Shown here: piece by piece, positions 49,845 to 58,866 of the stretch
How positions within the stretch are numbered: the stretch's first letter is position 1
How the letters are laid out: every line of letters starts with the position of its first letter
Assembly (NCBI GenBank): GCA_963790475.1
Contig: CAWBOS010000001.1
Location: 192,529-256,528 of the forward strand
Direction: 5' to 3'
Length of the DNA: 64,000 nt
Source: an uncultured delta proteobacterium
Lineage (GTDB): Bacteria; Desulfobacterota; RBG-13-43-22
Notes under the pieces: model-generated
What the model was told of the DNA's origin: nothing
The model's input: the letters and a program-made list of their open reading frames with translations, nothing else
Database searches by the model: none
Program-made: the position numbers and the translations under genes

Positions 49845-50390
49845 CTTTTTTGCCACAGACAACCGCAGGATACGAGTAAGACGATTTGTAGAGACCTTTG
49901 AGAAACGCCCTCTTTTGCCCAATTTCTGCGTCAGAACTCAAATTTTAATCCTCGAAATACTAAATGTATTCCTGTGGTTAAAATTTTTGTCTTCCTTGAC
50001 CTTGGACAAAACTGAACATTCTTCAAAGGTTTCTGTCTTCCTCCTACCGTCAGGCCCTACGGGCACAAATTTTTCCTCTCGCCCGATCCCTTACGGTCAC
50101 TCGAGCCCTCAGAGTTCTCAGAGGAGAACTTTCATTTTCAGGAAAATCGTTGAGTGGGCCGATTTTCCTGACCCCGCTATCCTGTGGAGGCGAAGAGCAG
50201 GTTTTTCATTGCGGTCCCCTCAACCGCAATGAAAAAAATGAAGTCTTTATTTTGATCTTTGTATTTTTTCTATAAGCTATGAGCTTTGAGCTATCGGCTC
50301 TTTTCTCTGTGACTCTGAGAGCTCTGTGAGAGATAGGCCTTTGTCCGGTTTTTGTCTGTGTGAGTCAGTAGTAATAAAGTATTTGATAAA
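49845..50390. repeat. Repeat family B long copy containing a nested MITE
   Basis: Colinear with 20508-20752 apart from two extra segments. Confidence 0.75.
49890..50034. mobile_element. 145-bp MITE (family F), TIR AGAGACCTTTGA / TCAAAGGTTTCT, GT duplication
   Basis: Absent from the 20508 copy, where the empty site reads GACTTGTCTTC. Confidence 0.7.
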
Positions 50391-50440
50391 TAGTAAAATG
50401 CTACCGTAAACCTTATACTGTAAACCTTATACCTTATACC

Positions 50441-51073
50441 TTAAACCCTTCCAAGCAATTCATCCAGATCCTCTAAAATCTCCGCCCCTTTTTTTTGAAT
50501 CTCCTCCAGGGCCTGGGCCGAGGTTGCCGGGTCAACTCCCCGGCACAGGGATTTTATCACCCGAATTTTGTAGCCCATGGCCAAACCATCCAGGGTGGAC
50601 CAACGGACGCAATAATCCGTGGCAATCCCAAAAATAATTAGTGTATTGATTCTTTGTCTTTTTAACATTGAATCCAGTTCCGTTTCCTGTCCCCCATCAT
50701 CTCGAAAGCAAGAGTAGCTGTCGAATTGAGAGTCCTGTCCCTTTTGGATGACGGCTTGGAATGAGGGCGGGTCTATCAACAATTCCGCCCCTGAGGTACC
50801 CTGCACACAGTGTGGCGGCCAGAGGACCTGGTCCTTCCCCCGCAGGTTGATCCGGTCATAGATCTTTTTTCCGGGGTGATTGCTGAAAAAGGACAGGTGA
50901 TCGGCAGGATGCCAATCTTGGGAGGCCCAGAGAGGAATTCCCAAACTCTTAATCCGGTCAATAGCCTTATTGATTTTATTCAAATAGTCCAAACCGGTTC
51001 CCGGTACGGCCAAAGAACCACTCATCAGTTGGGTAAAATCCCCCTGGATATCAACGACGATTGCTCCGTTCAT
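50441..51073 (-). CDS. pncA: Nicotinamidase/pyrazinamidase
   Basis: VDIQGDF, GSLAV, QDWHP, WPPHCVQG, DSYS, GIATDYCV. Confidence 0.92.
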   Translation of the reverse strand: MNGAIVVDIQGDFTQLMSGSLAVPGTGLDYLNKINKAIDRIKSLGIPLWASQDWHPADHLSFFSNHPGKKIYDRINLRGKDQVLWPPHCVQGTSGAELLIDPPSFQAVIQKGQDSQFDSYSCFRDDGGQETELDSMLKRQRINTLIIFGIATDYCVRWSTLDGLAMGYKIRVIKSLCRGVDPATSAQALEEIQKKGAEILEDLDELLGRV

Positions 51074-51171
51074 AACATTCTCCTTATGATTTGGCAGGAT
51101 TAAATCCTCACCGGACGCTTAAAAGAAATTATTAAATCGAATCAAGTTAGCTTTTTTGGAAAAGCTATCTT

Positions 51172-51244
51172 AAATCCCTCCCGACCTCCCTTTTCCAAAG
51201 GGAGTCCCGCCGCGGGATTTGAAAAGGGAGATTGAGGGGGATTT
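51172..51244. repeat. Repeat family E, copy 2 (inverted)
   Basis: Approximate reverse complement of 21682-21760. Confidence 0.7.
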
Positions 51245-51459
51245 GGGTTCTAATAATAGTCTGATTGGTCATACGTTAAAAAAACTAAGGTGTAGCGTTA
51301 ATTTCTAATCATCATTATACCAAACCGGCCAGGTAACTGCCAGACTTTAATAACGGTATCCTCAGCACCGAAACGCTGAATATTTTTCCTTGACTTATCC
51401 TTATAGGCTGTTTAAGAGATTAATAATCATTATCTTTTCGGAGATATCACAAGGAACCC

Positions 51460-52233
51460 ATGATCACCCGTTTCTTTTTCGTTATTGGAAGTAAAGCGCT
51501 GGCCTTCCTGTCTGAACTGGGAGGGATTTTGCTGATATTTTTCCAGAGCATGGTCTGGACCTTTCTTCCTCCCTTCCGCCTGAGGAATTTGTTTAAACAG
51601 ATGGAATTTATCGGGGTTAAATCCCTTTTTATTGTCGCCCTGACCGGAGTTTTTTCCGGAATGGTTCTGGCACTCCAAAGTTATTACGGGTTCAGAAAAT
51701 TCGGCGGGGAAAGTCTTATGGGAGGGATCGTGGCCTTATCCCTGGCTCGGGAGATGGGGCCGGTGATGACGGCCCTGATGGTCAATGCCCGGGCCGGCTC
51801 GGCCATTGCTGCGGAATTGGGGACTATGCGGGTCACGGAGCAGATCGACGCCCTGCAAATGATGGCCATCAATCCGGTCCAGTATCTTTTTGTCCCCAGG
51901 ATTTGGGCCGGGGTCCTGATGGTCCCCCTGCTTACGGCTATTAATATCTTTGTGGGGATCATTGGGGGCTATTTTGTCGGAGTCACCTTGTTAGGAATAA
52001 ATTCCGGTGTATTTCTGAACAAAATGATTAACATGATGGAGTTGTCCGACCTGGTTCAGGGGTTAGTTAAATCGATCTTTTTTGGATTGATCCTCACCCT
52101 GGTTGGGTGTTATAAGGGATACAACACCTCCGGTGGTGCCGAAGGGGTCGGCCGGGCCACCACCGAAGCGGTGGTCATCTCTTCGGTCTGTATATTGATC
52201 GGGACCTATGTGTTAACCTCATTATTATTTTAA
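51460..52233 (+). CDS. mlaE: MlaE lipid ABC transporter permease
   Basis: REMGPV, AELGTMRVTEQIDAL, GAEGVGRATT. Confidence 0.93.
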   Translation: MITRFFFVIGSKALAFLSELGGILLIFFQSMVWTFLPPFRLRNLFKQMEFIGVKSLFIVALTGVFSGMVLALQSYYGFRKFGGESLMGGIVALSLAREMGPVMTALMVNARAGSAIAAELGTMRVTEQIDALQMMAINPVQYLFVPRIWAGVLMVPLLTAINIFVGIIGGYFVGVTLLGINSGVFLNKMINMMELSDLVQGLVKSIFFGLILTLVGCYKGYNTSGGAEGVGRATTEAVVISSVCILIGTYVLTSLLF

Positions 52234-52344
52234 TAATTATATGGAATGGAATTCAGAATTCAGGAGTCAAAATCCAGAATATAAAAGGGCAGAGTTTTGT
52301 CTTTATTCCGGCTCCTGGCTTCTGGATTCTGACTACAGTCATTT

Positions 52345-53085
52345 ATGATCCGCTTAGTCAATGTCAGTAAATCCTTTAGAAGCCAGCAGGTCTTACTGGA
52401 TTTGAATCTGGTCATTCCCACTGGACAGACATCCGTGATTCTCGGCCGAAGCGGTGGCGGGAAAAGTGTTTTGCTTAAACATATTATGGGCCTGATCCGG
52501 CCGGACAGCGGCGAGATATGGATCGACGATGATGAAATCAACCGCTTAAACCAGAGGAACCTTTACCGGGTCCGCAAGCGGTTCGGAATGCTCTTTCAGG
52601 AAGGGGCTCTTTTTGATTCCATGTCCGTGGGAGAAAATGTGGCTTTCCCCATTCGGGAGCATAGAAAATTGAACGCTACTGAAATTGAAAAATTGGTCTC
52701 CGAAAAATTGGCCTTGGTGGGACTAGAGGGGATTGAAGATAAGATGCCCTCGGAATTGAGCGGTGGCATGCGCAAGAGGGTGGCCCTGGCCAGGGCCATC
52801 GCCTTGGATCCGGATATCATGCTTTTTGACGAACCGACTACGGGTCTGGATCCGATCATGACCGCCTCCATCGATCATTTAATCATGGAGACCCAAAAGC
52901 GGTTCCAGATGACCTGTGTGGTTATCAGTCATGACATCCAGAGTGTTTTCAGGATTGCCCATAATATTTTTATGCTTTACGAAGGAAAGATCATCGAAGG
53001 AGGGACCCCGGAGGTTTTTCGCCAGTCCACCAATAAAATCATTCAGGATTTTATATTGGGCCAAGTCTCGGAAGACTCGCATTGA
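52345..53085 (+). CDS. mlaF: MlaF ABC transporter ATPase
   Basis: GRSGGGKS, FQEGALFDS, LSGGMRKRVALARA, DEPTTGLDP. Confidence 0.92.
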   Translation: MIRLVNVSKSFRSQQVLLDLNLVIPTGQTSVILGRSGGGKSVLLKHIMGLIRPDSGEIWIDDDEINRLNQRNLYRVRKRFGMLFQEGALFDSMSVGENVAFPIREHRKLNATEIEKLVSEKLALVGLEGIEDKMPSELSGGMRKRVALARAIALDPDIMLFDEPTTGLDPIMTASIDHLIMETQKRFQMTCVVISHDIQSVFRIAHNIFMLYEGKIIEGGTPEVFRQSTNKIIQDFILGQVSEDSH

Positions 53086-53168
53086 CCAAAAAATTTCGGG
53101 ACCGGAAAAGAGGCTGGATTTTGCTTTCAGCCAAGAGTTATCGGCTATGAACCATTAAAGGAGGCATC

Positions 53169-54209
53169 ATGGAAAGAAGGGGAGTGAGCACTGAGGTCAA
53201 AGTCGGCATCTTTGTCTTTCTCGGTTTGATCGTTCTTGCCTACATGACCCTGAAGGTTGAAAAATTTAAGTTGAAAACGGCCCAAGGTTATGAAATCTTC
53301 GCCTTCTTTGACTCGGCTTCAGGTTTGGTCAAAGGCGGCGTGGTCCAGATCGCCGGGATCGAAGTGGGCCGGGTAAAAGATATCCAGTTGACCGGCAGAC
53401 AGGCCAGGATTGCCATGACGATCCGCAAGGATATCCCGATCTATTCCGATGCCCGGGCGAGTCTTAAGACTCAGGGGGTTCTGGGAGACACCTACGTTGA
53501 GATAAATCCGGGAAGCGACAAGACCCCTCGTCTCTTGGCCGGAGGAATGATTCGTGACACCCTTTCCCCCATGGAACTGGGCGAAATCCTGGCCAGAGCC
53601 ATGCCGGTGGTTGATAATATTCGTGAGGTCACAAAAACCTTAGCCGATGTCCTCAGCTCGGAACCCGGAAAAACCGATCTCAAGGATACCTTTGCCAATT
53701 TAAATAAAGTGACTGGTGATATCCGGAGCATGACGGGGGGACTTTCCCGTGGAGAAGGAACCTTGGGAAAATTAATACGGGATGACACCCTTTATAGAGA
53801 TATGCGGATCACCATGACGGGCTTAAAGGACACCGTGACCCAAATCGATGAAGGGAAAGGGACGCTTGGAAAACTGATCAAAGATCAGGATTTTTATGAT
53901 GAAACAAAAAAGACCATGACCAGCCTGCAAAAAGTGGCTGACAAAATCGATTCGGGGCAAGGGACCCTGGGGAAATTAGTCAATGATGATTCCCTGTACC
54001 GAGAGGCCAAGGAAACCGTTGACAATCTGAATCAAGCGACCAACAAAATTAATCGGGGGGAGGGAACCATCGGTAAATTAATCAATGACGACTCCCTGCA
54101 CAAGGAGATCAAATACACCTTGAGAAGCGTGACCAAGGCCACGGAAGGGCTTTCCGAGCAGGTCCCGGTGAGTATATTGGGGACGATTATTGGAACGATC
54201 ATAAAATGA
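53169..54209 (+). CDS. mlaD: MlaD/MCE protein with four GxGTLGKL repeats
   Basis: TM + MCE domain (VQIAGIEVGRV, GVLGDTYVEI). Confidence 0.9.
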   Translation: MERRGVSTEVKVGIFVFLGLIVLAYMTLKVEKFKLKTAQGYEIFAFFDSASGLVKGGVVQIAGIEVGRVKDIQLTGRQARIAMTIRKDIPIYSDARASLKTQGVLGDTYVEINPGSDKTPRLLAGGMIRDTLSPMELGEILARAMPVVDNIREVTKTLADVLSSEPGKTDLKDTFANLNKVTGDIRSMTGGLSRGEGTLGKLIRDDTLYRDMRITMTGLKDTVTQIDEGKGTLGKLIKDQDFYDETKKTMTSLQKVADKIDSGQGTLGKLVNDDSLYREAKETVDNLNQATNKINRGEGTIGKLINDDSLHKEIKYTLRSVTKATEGLSEQVPVSILGTIIGTIIK

Positions 54210-54264
54210 GCCGGCAAAGCTGCCGGAGCTGGGATTAAACCTGAAAGGTGAAAGAAGTTAGAAT

Positions 54265-55815
54265 TTGAATTCCCCGCCTATCGTTCAAAGTTCAAAGTTC
54301 AAAGTTCAAAGTTCAAAATTCAAGGCAAGAAAAGTTGCTTTGGGCTTTCAGCTTTCAGCCTTCAGCTTGCTTTTGCTATTGATGGCCTCCGGTTGTGCCC
54401 ATCTTTCTCCCGATGCGGGACCGGAAAATGTCTCTCCCTTTTTTCATATCCAGACCGACACGGAAAACCAGAGCCGTCGATTGGACGCCGCCGGACCTTT
54501 CTACTCCCAGTCGGAGACTCCGGAAGAACGGGAATGGACTTTCCGCCCTTTTTTTTCCTACCGGGAAAACCTGAAGGAACAAACCGAAGAACTGGAATAC
54601 TTATACCCCCTGGGCCGAGTCCGAAAAACACCCGAGGGAAAACTCTCCCGCTTTATTCCTTTCTACTCCTCCTTCAAGCCGAGTTTGGAACAAAAGGAAG
54701 AGGACCAGAGAGAGAATGTGGACCTTTTCCTTATTTTTTGGGGAAAGGGTAAAACCGGGGCCTCCTATGGCGGGTTCTTTCCCTTCGGGGGGGAATTCCG
54801 TGATCGTTTCGCCCGGGATGAAATCCAGTTTTTCCTCTGGCCCCTCTACACCCGGATCCGGGAAGGGGAAACCCAAACGGTTAATATCCTCTGGCCTATT
54901 TTTTCCATAACCTCCGGGGGAGAGCGTTCGGGGTTTCGGGTTTGGCCGCTTTATGGACAGGAGAAACAAGAAGGTATAGGGGCCTATCAAAAGACTTTTT
55001 TCCTCTGGCCCATCGGTCTTTATCAGCAACGTGATTTAGACACCGATTATCCGAAGACTTATTTTTATCTTTTCCCCTTTTACCTTTCCGAACAGAGTCC
55101 AAACGAGCATAAAACCATTTTTCTATGGCCTTTTTTTAATTTTTACTCCGAGGACCGTTTTAACTATTATCAGGTGGATTTTCCTTGGCCCATCATTCAA
55201 TTTGCCCGGGGAGAAAATACGGAGGCTTTTAAATTCTGGCCCCTCTTTACCTACCGCAAAGTTGGACAGCGAGAAAAGATGTCTTTTTTCTGGCCGATCT
55301 TTATCCAGGAAAAAGAGGAAAACGAAGATAGGGACGAGGTCCTGAATCGATTTTTGTACATCAGTAAATTCCATCAAATTTATTTTAAAAAGGAAAACCG
55401 CTGGGAAAAGCTTACCAAGTTTTGGCCCTTCTTCCACTATGCCGAGGATGGAAGGGGGATGGAGCATTTTTATTTCCCGGACCTGATGCCGGCCGATTGG
55501 GAGGGTCTGGAGAGAAATTACGGGATGCTTTTCCGGATCTATGAATATTATCAGGACGGAAAAGGCAAGGAGGTTTCCAAATTCCTGTGGGGTTTGTATT
55601 ATCACCAGAAACAAAAAGACCTGAACCGGATCGAGGTCAGCTTTCTTTTTACTTATCTGAAAGAGAAACAGACCTTCCAGCTCTCTTTCCTGAAAGGCTT
55701 GCTCGGGTATCGCCGGGACGGTCCCAAACGCGAAATGAAAATTTTCTATATGCCTATTTCCTGGGAGGAGAAGGAAGAGCCTGGGAAACCACCCGGGTCC
55801 CCTCCGGAGGGGTGA
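54265..55815 (+). CDS. Putative outer-membrane lipoprotein with aromatic (F/L)WP repeats
   Basis: Lipobox-like LMASG-C; about ten FLWP/FFWP-type motifs; start uncertain. Confidence 0.7.
   Translation: MNSPPIVQSSKFKVQSSKFKARKVALGFQLSAFSLLLLLMASGCAHLSPDAGPENVSPFFHIQTDTENQSRRLDAAGPFYSQSETPEEREWTFRPFFSYRENLKEQTEELEYLYPLGRVRKTPEGKLSRFIPFYSSFKPSLEQKEEDQRENVDLFLIFWGKGKTGASYGGFFPFGGEFRDRFARDEIQFFLWPLYTRIREGETQTVNILWPIFSITSGGERSGFRVWPLYGQEKQEGIGAYQKTFFLWPIGLYQQRDLDTDYPKTYFYLFPFYLSEQSPNEHKTIFLWPFFNFYSEDRFNYYQVDFPWPIIQFARGENTEAFKFWPLFTYRKVGQREKMSFFWPIFIQEKEENEDRDEVLNRFLYISKFHQIYFKKENRWEKLTKFWPFFHYAEDGRGMEHFYFPDLMPADWEGLERNYGMLFRIYEYYQDGKGKEVSKFLWGLYYHQKQKDLNRIEVSFLFTYLKEKQTFQLSFLKGLLGYRRDGPKREMKIFYMPISWEEKEEPGKPPGSPPEG
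54283..54368 (+). repeat. Heptamer tandem repeats (GTTCAAA)x5 and (GCTTTCA)x3
   Basis: Directly visible in the sequence. Confidence 0.85.
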
Positions 55816-56497
55816 ATTCAAAACGGGAGGCGGCCAAAGGCACCTTGGTTTGCACCCGGCTGAAACGAAACCGCGTCCCGTCTCCCATCAGGTTATCAAA
55901 GGTGAACTCCATAGGGAGAAAGGTGGTCCTGGAAATCCGGAGCTTGATCCGCTGCAAATCCGGCTGGGGGATTTTGGGTTTTAGAATAAGCTGATCAAAA
56001 GAGTCCTCTTCGGAAGCCGGGGTATCCAGTCGGACGGAGAAATTTTTATCCAACCCTCCCAGCCCGGAGAGAAAATCGATGATCGGTTTGATCTGCAGAT
56101 AATAATCCTTTAAGCGGTAAACGTTTACCACCTTTTCCTCCGGCAGATACCACCAGACCTTATCGCCATTGCAAATCAATTGCTCCGGATGGGGTTTTTT
56201 CTGGTCCAGCCGGAGCTTGTTGGGGAAAAGAAAAAGAAGCTGTCCCTCGGCCTGGAAAGTGGAAGAGGGCAGTTTAGAGGCGATTTTAGGTACTATCTCC
56301 CGGACATAATCGGCCTGAAAGGTTTTCGAGGCAGCAAAACGCTCTTTTAATCGGGACAGGATCATGTTTAAGTCCCTGTTATTTTGAGCCCAACCCCAAT
56401 TGTTATCCCCAGCCAACAGAAAAAATATCCCCAAAATAATCCCTGACAAAATCTTTCCCATAATCTTTTTCCTTTGGACCATAGAATCCTCTTTCAA
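55754..56497 (-). CDS. lolA: Outer-membrane lipoprotein carrier LolA-like
   Basis: Signal peptide, FQADY, P..LRLDQ..P, NGDKVWWYLPE, FEFTPPEG; lies downstream of ftsK. Confidence 0.8.
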   Translation of the reverse strand: MKEDSMVQRKKIMGKILSGIILGIFFLLAGDNNWGWAQNNRDLNMILSRLKERFAASKTFQADYVREIVPKIASKLPSSTFQAEGQLLFLFPNKLRLDQKKPHPEQLICNGDKVWWYLPEEKVVNVYRLKDYYLQIKPIIDFLSGLGGLDKNFSVRLDTPASEEDSFDQLILKPKIPQPDLQRIKLRISRTTFLPMEFTFDNLMGDGTRFRFSRVQTKVPLAASRFEFTPPEGTRVVSQALPSPPRK

Positions 56498-56565
56498 AAA
56501 TACTGAATTCCGGGTATTACCGGGTTAACGTTATAGGACATCGGCCAACTTCTATTTCCGATCCC

Positions 56566-58743
56566 TTAAAAATTCTTGATCAGGACTTCCCGGGGACGGC
56601 CGCCCTCCCCGGAGCTGACGATCCCTTCCCGTTCCATGATTTCCACCAAACGGGCGGCCCGGTTATAGCCGATGCGCAGTTTTCTTTGGATCATGGAGAT
56701 GGAAACCTGGCGGGTATCTTTGACGATCTGGAGCGCAGCCTCGTATTTTTCATCGATGTCGTCATCGGTATCCGAGGGTTCCGGTTCTTCCATGGTCAAC
56801 AAGGTTTCATCATAGACCGGTTGTTTTTGTTTTTTCAAAAAGTCGGTCAATCGTTTGATTTCCGATTCGGAGACAAAGGCCCCGTGAATACGCTGGACCT
56901 TGGATACCCCGGGAGGCAGAAAGAGCATATCGCCGGCTCCCAGAAGGGCCTCGGCCCCATTGGCGTCGAGGATGGTGCGGGAGTCGGTCTTGGATGAGAC
57001 CTGAAAGGAAATACGGGCCGGGAAATTGGCCTTGATGATCCCGGTCAGGATGTCCACTGATGGGCGTTGGGTGGCTATAAGCAAGTGAATACCGGCGGCC
57101 CGGGCCATTTGGGCCAGGCGGGTCAGGGACTCTTCCACATCGCGGGAGGAGACCAGCATCAGGTCGGCCAGCTCGTCAATGACAATGACCACATAGGGCA
57201 GCCATTCTTCCGGATATTTTTCAGAAGTCCCTTTTTTCTCTTTCAGCAACCTTTGATTGTAGGTATCGATATTCCGGGCCCCTTTGTCGGCCATTTTCTG
57301 GTAACGGTCTTCCATCTCCCGGATGGCCCAGCGCAGGACCCTGGTGGCTATTTTGGCATCGGTGACCACCTCGTGCAGGAGATGAGGGATCCCCTCGTAG
57401 GGCAACAGCTCGATCCGTTTGGGGTCGATGAAGAAAAAGCGGACCTCCTCCGGTCTGGCCTTGAAAAGGATACTGCTGATCAAGGCGTTCAGGCAAACGC
57501 TCTTGCCGGTCCCGGTGGCCCCGGCGATCAGCAGGTGGGGCATCCTGGCCAGATTGGTGACCACGGGAAAACCCAAAATATCTTTACCCAGGGCCAGGGT
57601 CAATTTGCCCTTGGGACTGGAAAATTCCTGGGAGGACAGAATATCTTTCAGACCTACGGTCTCCCTCTGGCTGTTGGGGATTTCTATCCCGATGACCGGT
57701 TTGCCCGGCAGAGGGGCGACAATCCGGATGCTGACGGCCCGCATGGCCATGGCCAGGTCATCGGCCAGGCCGGTGATCCGGCTGATCTTGACCCCGGGGG
57801 CCGGTTCAAATTCATACATGGTAATGACCGGCCCTGGTGAAACTTCGGTAACCTGACCTTCCACCCCGAAGTCCTTCAGTTTTTTCTCCAGGAGCCTGGA
57901 ATTCATGAGCAGGCTTTGCTGTTGGACCTCCTGATCGTTTTTTTCATAAGTATCCAATAATGATAAGGGGGGCAGCTCAAAATCGCCGGGGTCTTTCATG
58001 AAAACGAATTGTTCCTGTTGAGGCTGGGGGCGGGGCAGAGGCGCGGCCGGTTTGAGCACCGGACTTTGGACGATAGTCGGCGGGTGGGCCTCTTTTTCCT
58101 TTTGGATTTCTTTTTCCGCCTTTAAAGACTTGACTTTGCGTTTTCGCTCCCTATTTTTTTGATACGAATCCCGCAGGCGGCTGGTCTGATCCAACAACCG
58201 GGAATGCAGCCTCTCTGCTACTCGGGCCAGGGAAACCCGCGTGATCAGGATAAACCCGGTCAATAGAATAACCAGCAAAAAAATATGGGTCCCCGGCGGA
58301 TTTAATAACAGGGAGGAGTAGTGGAAAATCAGTTGGCCCAGGATCCCTCCCCAGGGGAAATTCCAGCCGAAGTATTGGAAATTTTGTTCTCCTCGGGAAA
58401 GTAAGGCCGCAAAAGAAAATATCAATAAAACGTATCCTGTCGCCTGCCAGACAGGTGAAGGAAGGGAGTCTTTGCGAAAGGAATAGAGGGCCAGTTGAAA
58501 AAAGATGAAACTGAGCCAGAAGGAGGCCAGGCCCAACGATTCAAACAGGAAGGTTGAGGAATAGGAACCGATCTTTCCCACCCAGTTTTTTATGGGCAGA
58601 TCACCCATCTGCGGAGAACTGAAAGACGGATCGGCCGGGTGATGAGAAATGAGGGCCAGGAGAATCAATATCCCCACGGCCCCCAGGACCAGCCCCAGGA
58701 TTTCATAATAGATGGGTTTTTGCGGACGGTCTTCTTTAGGCAA
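56566..58743 (-). CDS. ftsK: DNA translocase FtsK
   Basis: 4TM N-terminus, GATGTGKS, IDELADLM, ATQRPSVD, gamma domain IGYNRAAR. Confidence 0.96.
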   Translation of the reverse strand: MPKEDRPQKPIYYEILGLVLGAVGILILLALISHHPADPSFSSPQMGDLPIKNWVGKIGSYSSTFLFESLGLASFWLSFIFFQLALYSFRKDSLPSPVWQATGYVLLIFSFAALLSRGEQNFQYFGWNFPWGGILGQLIFHYSSLLLNPPGTHIFLLVILLTGFILITRVSLARVAERLHSRLLDQTSRLRDSYQKNRERKRKVKSLKAEKEIQKEKEAHPPTIVQSPVLKPAAPLPRPQPQQEQFVFMKDPGDFELPPLSLLDTYEKNDQEVQQQSLLMNSRLLEKKLKDFGVEGQVTEVSPGPVITMYEFEPAPGVKISRITGLADDLAMAMRAVSIRIVAPLPGKPVIGIEIPNSQRETVGLKDILSSQEFSSPKGKLTLALGKDILGFPVVTNLARMPHLLIAGATGTGKSVCLNALISSILFKARPEEVRFFFIDPKRIELLPYEGIPHLLHEVVTDAKIATRVLRWAIREMEDRYQKMADKGARNIDTYNQRLLKEKKGTSEKYPEEWLPYVVIVIDELADLMLVSSRDVEESLTRLAQMARAAGIHLLIATQRPSVDILTGIIKANFPARISFQVSSKTDSRTILDANGAEALLGAGDMLFLPPGVSKVQRIHGAFVSESEIKRLTDFLKKQKQPVYDETLLTMEEPEPSDTDDDIDEKYEAALQIVKDTRQVSISMIQRKLRIGYNRAARLVEIMEREGIVSSGEGGRPREVLIKNF

Positions 58744-58866
58744 GGATCAGCTCCAGTTATAATAGCAGAAATAAGGTTTAAGGTCCAAGGCCTGCGGAGC
58801 ATGGCAGGAGCGTTTTCAAGGAAAAACCGTATTCCATACCGTAGACCTTATTCCTGCTCCATTTCC

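Noticed and set aside
49648-50232. 194-aa ORF after the HIT gene
   Set aside because: Made of heptamer repeats and MITE sequence; no RBS or domain
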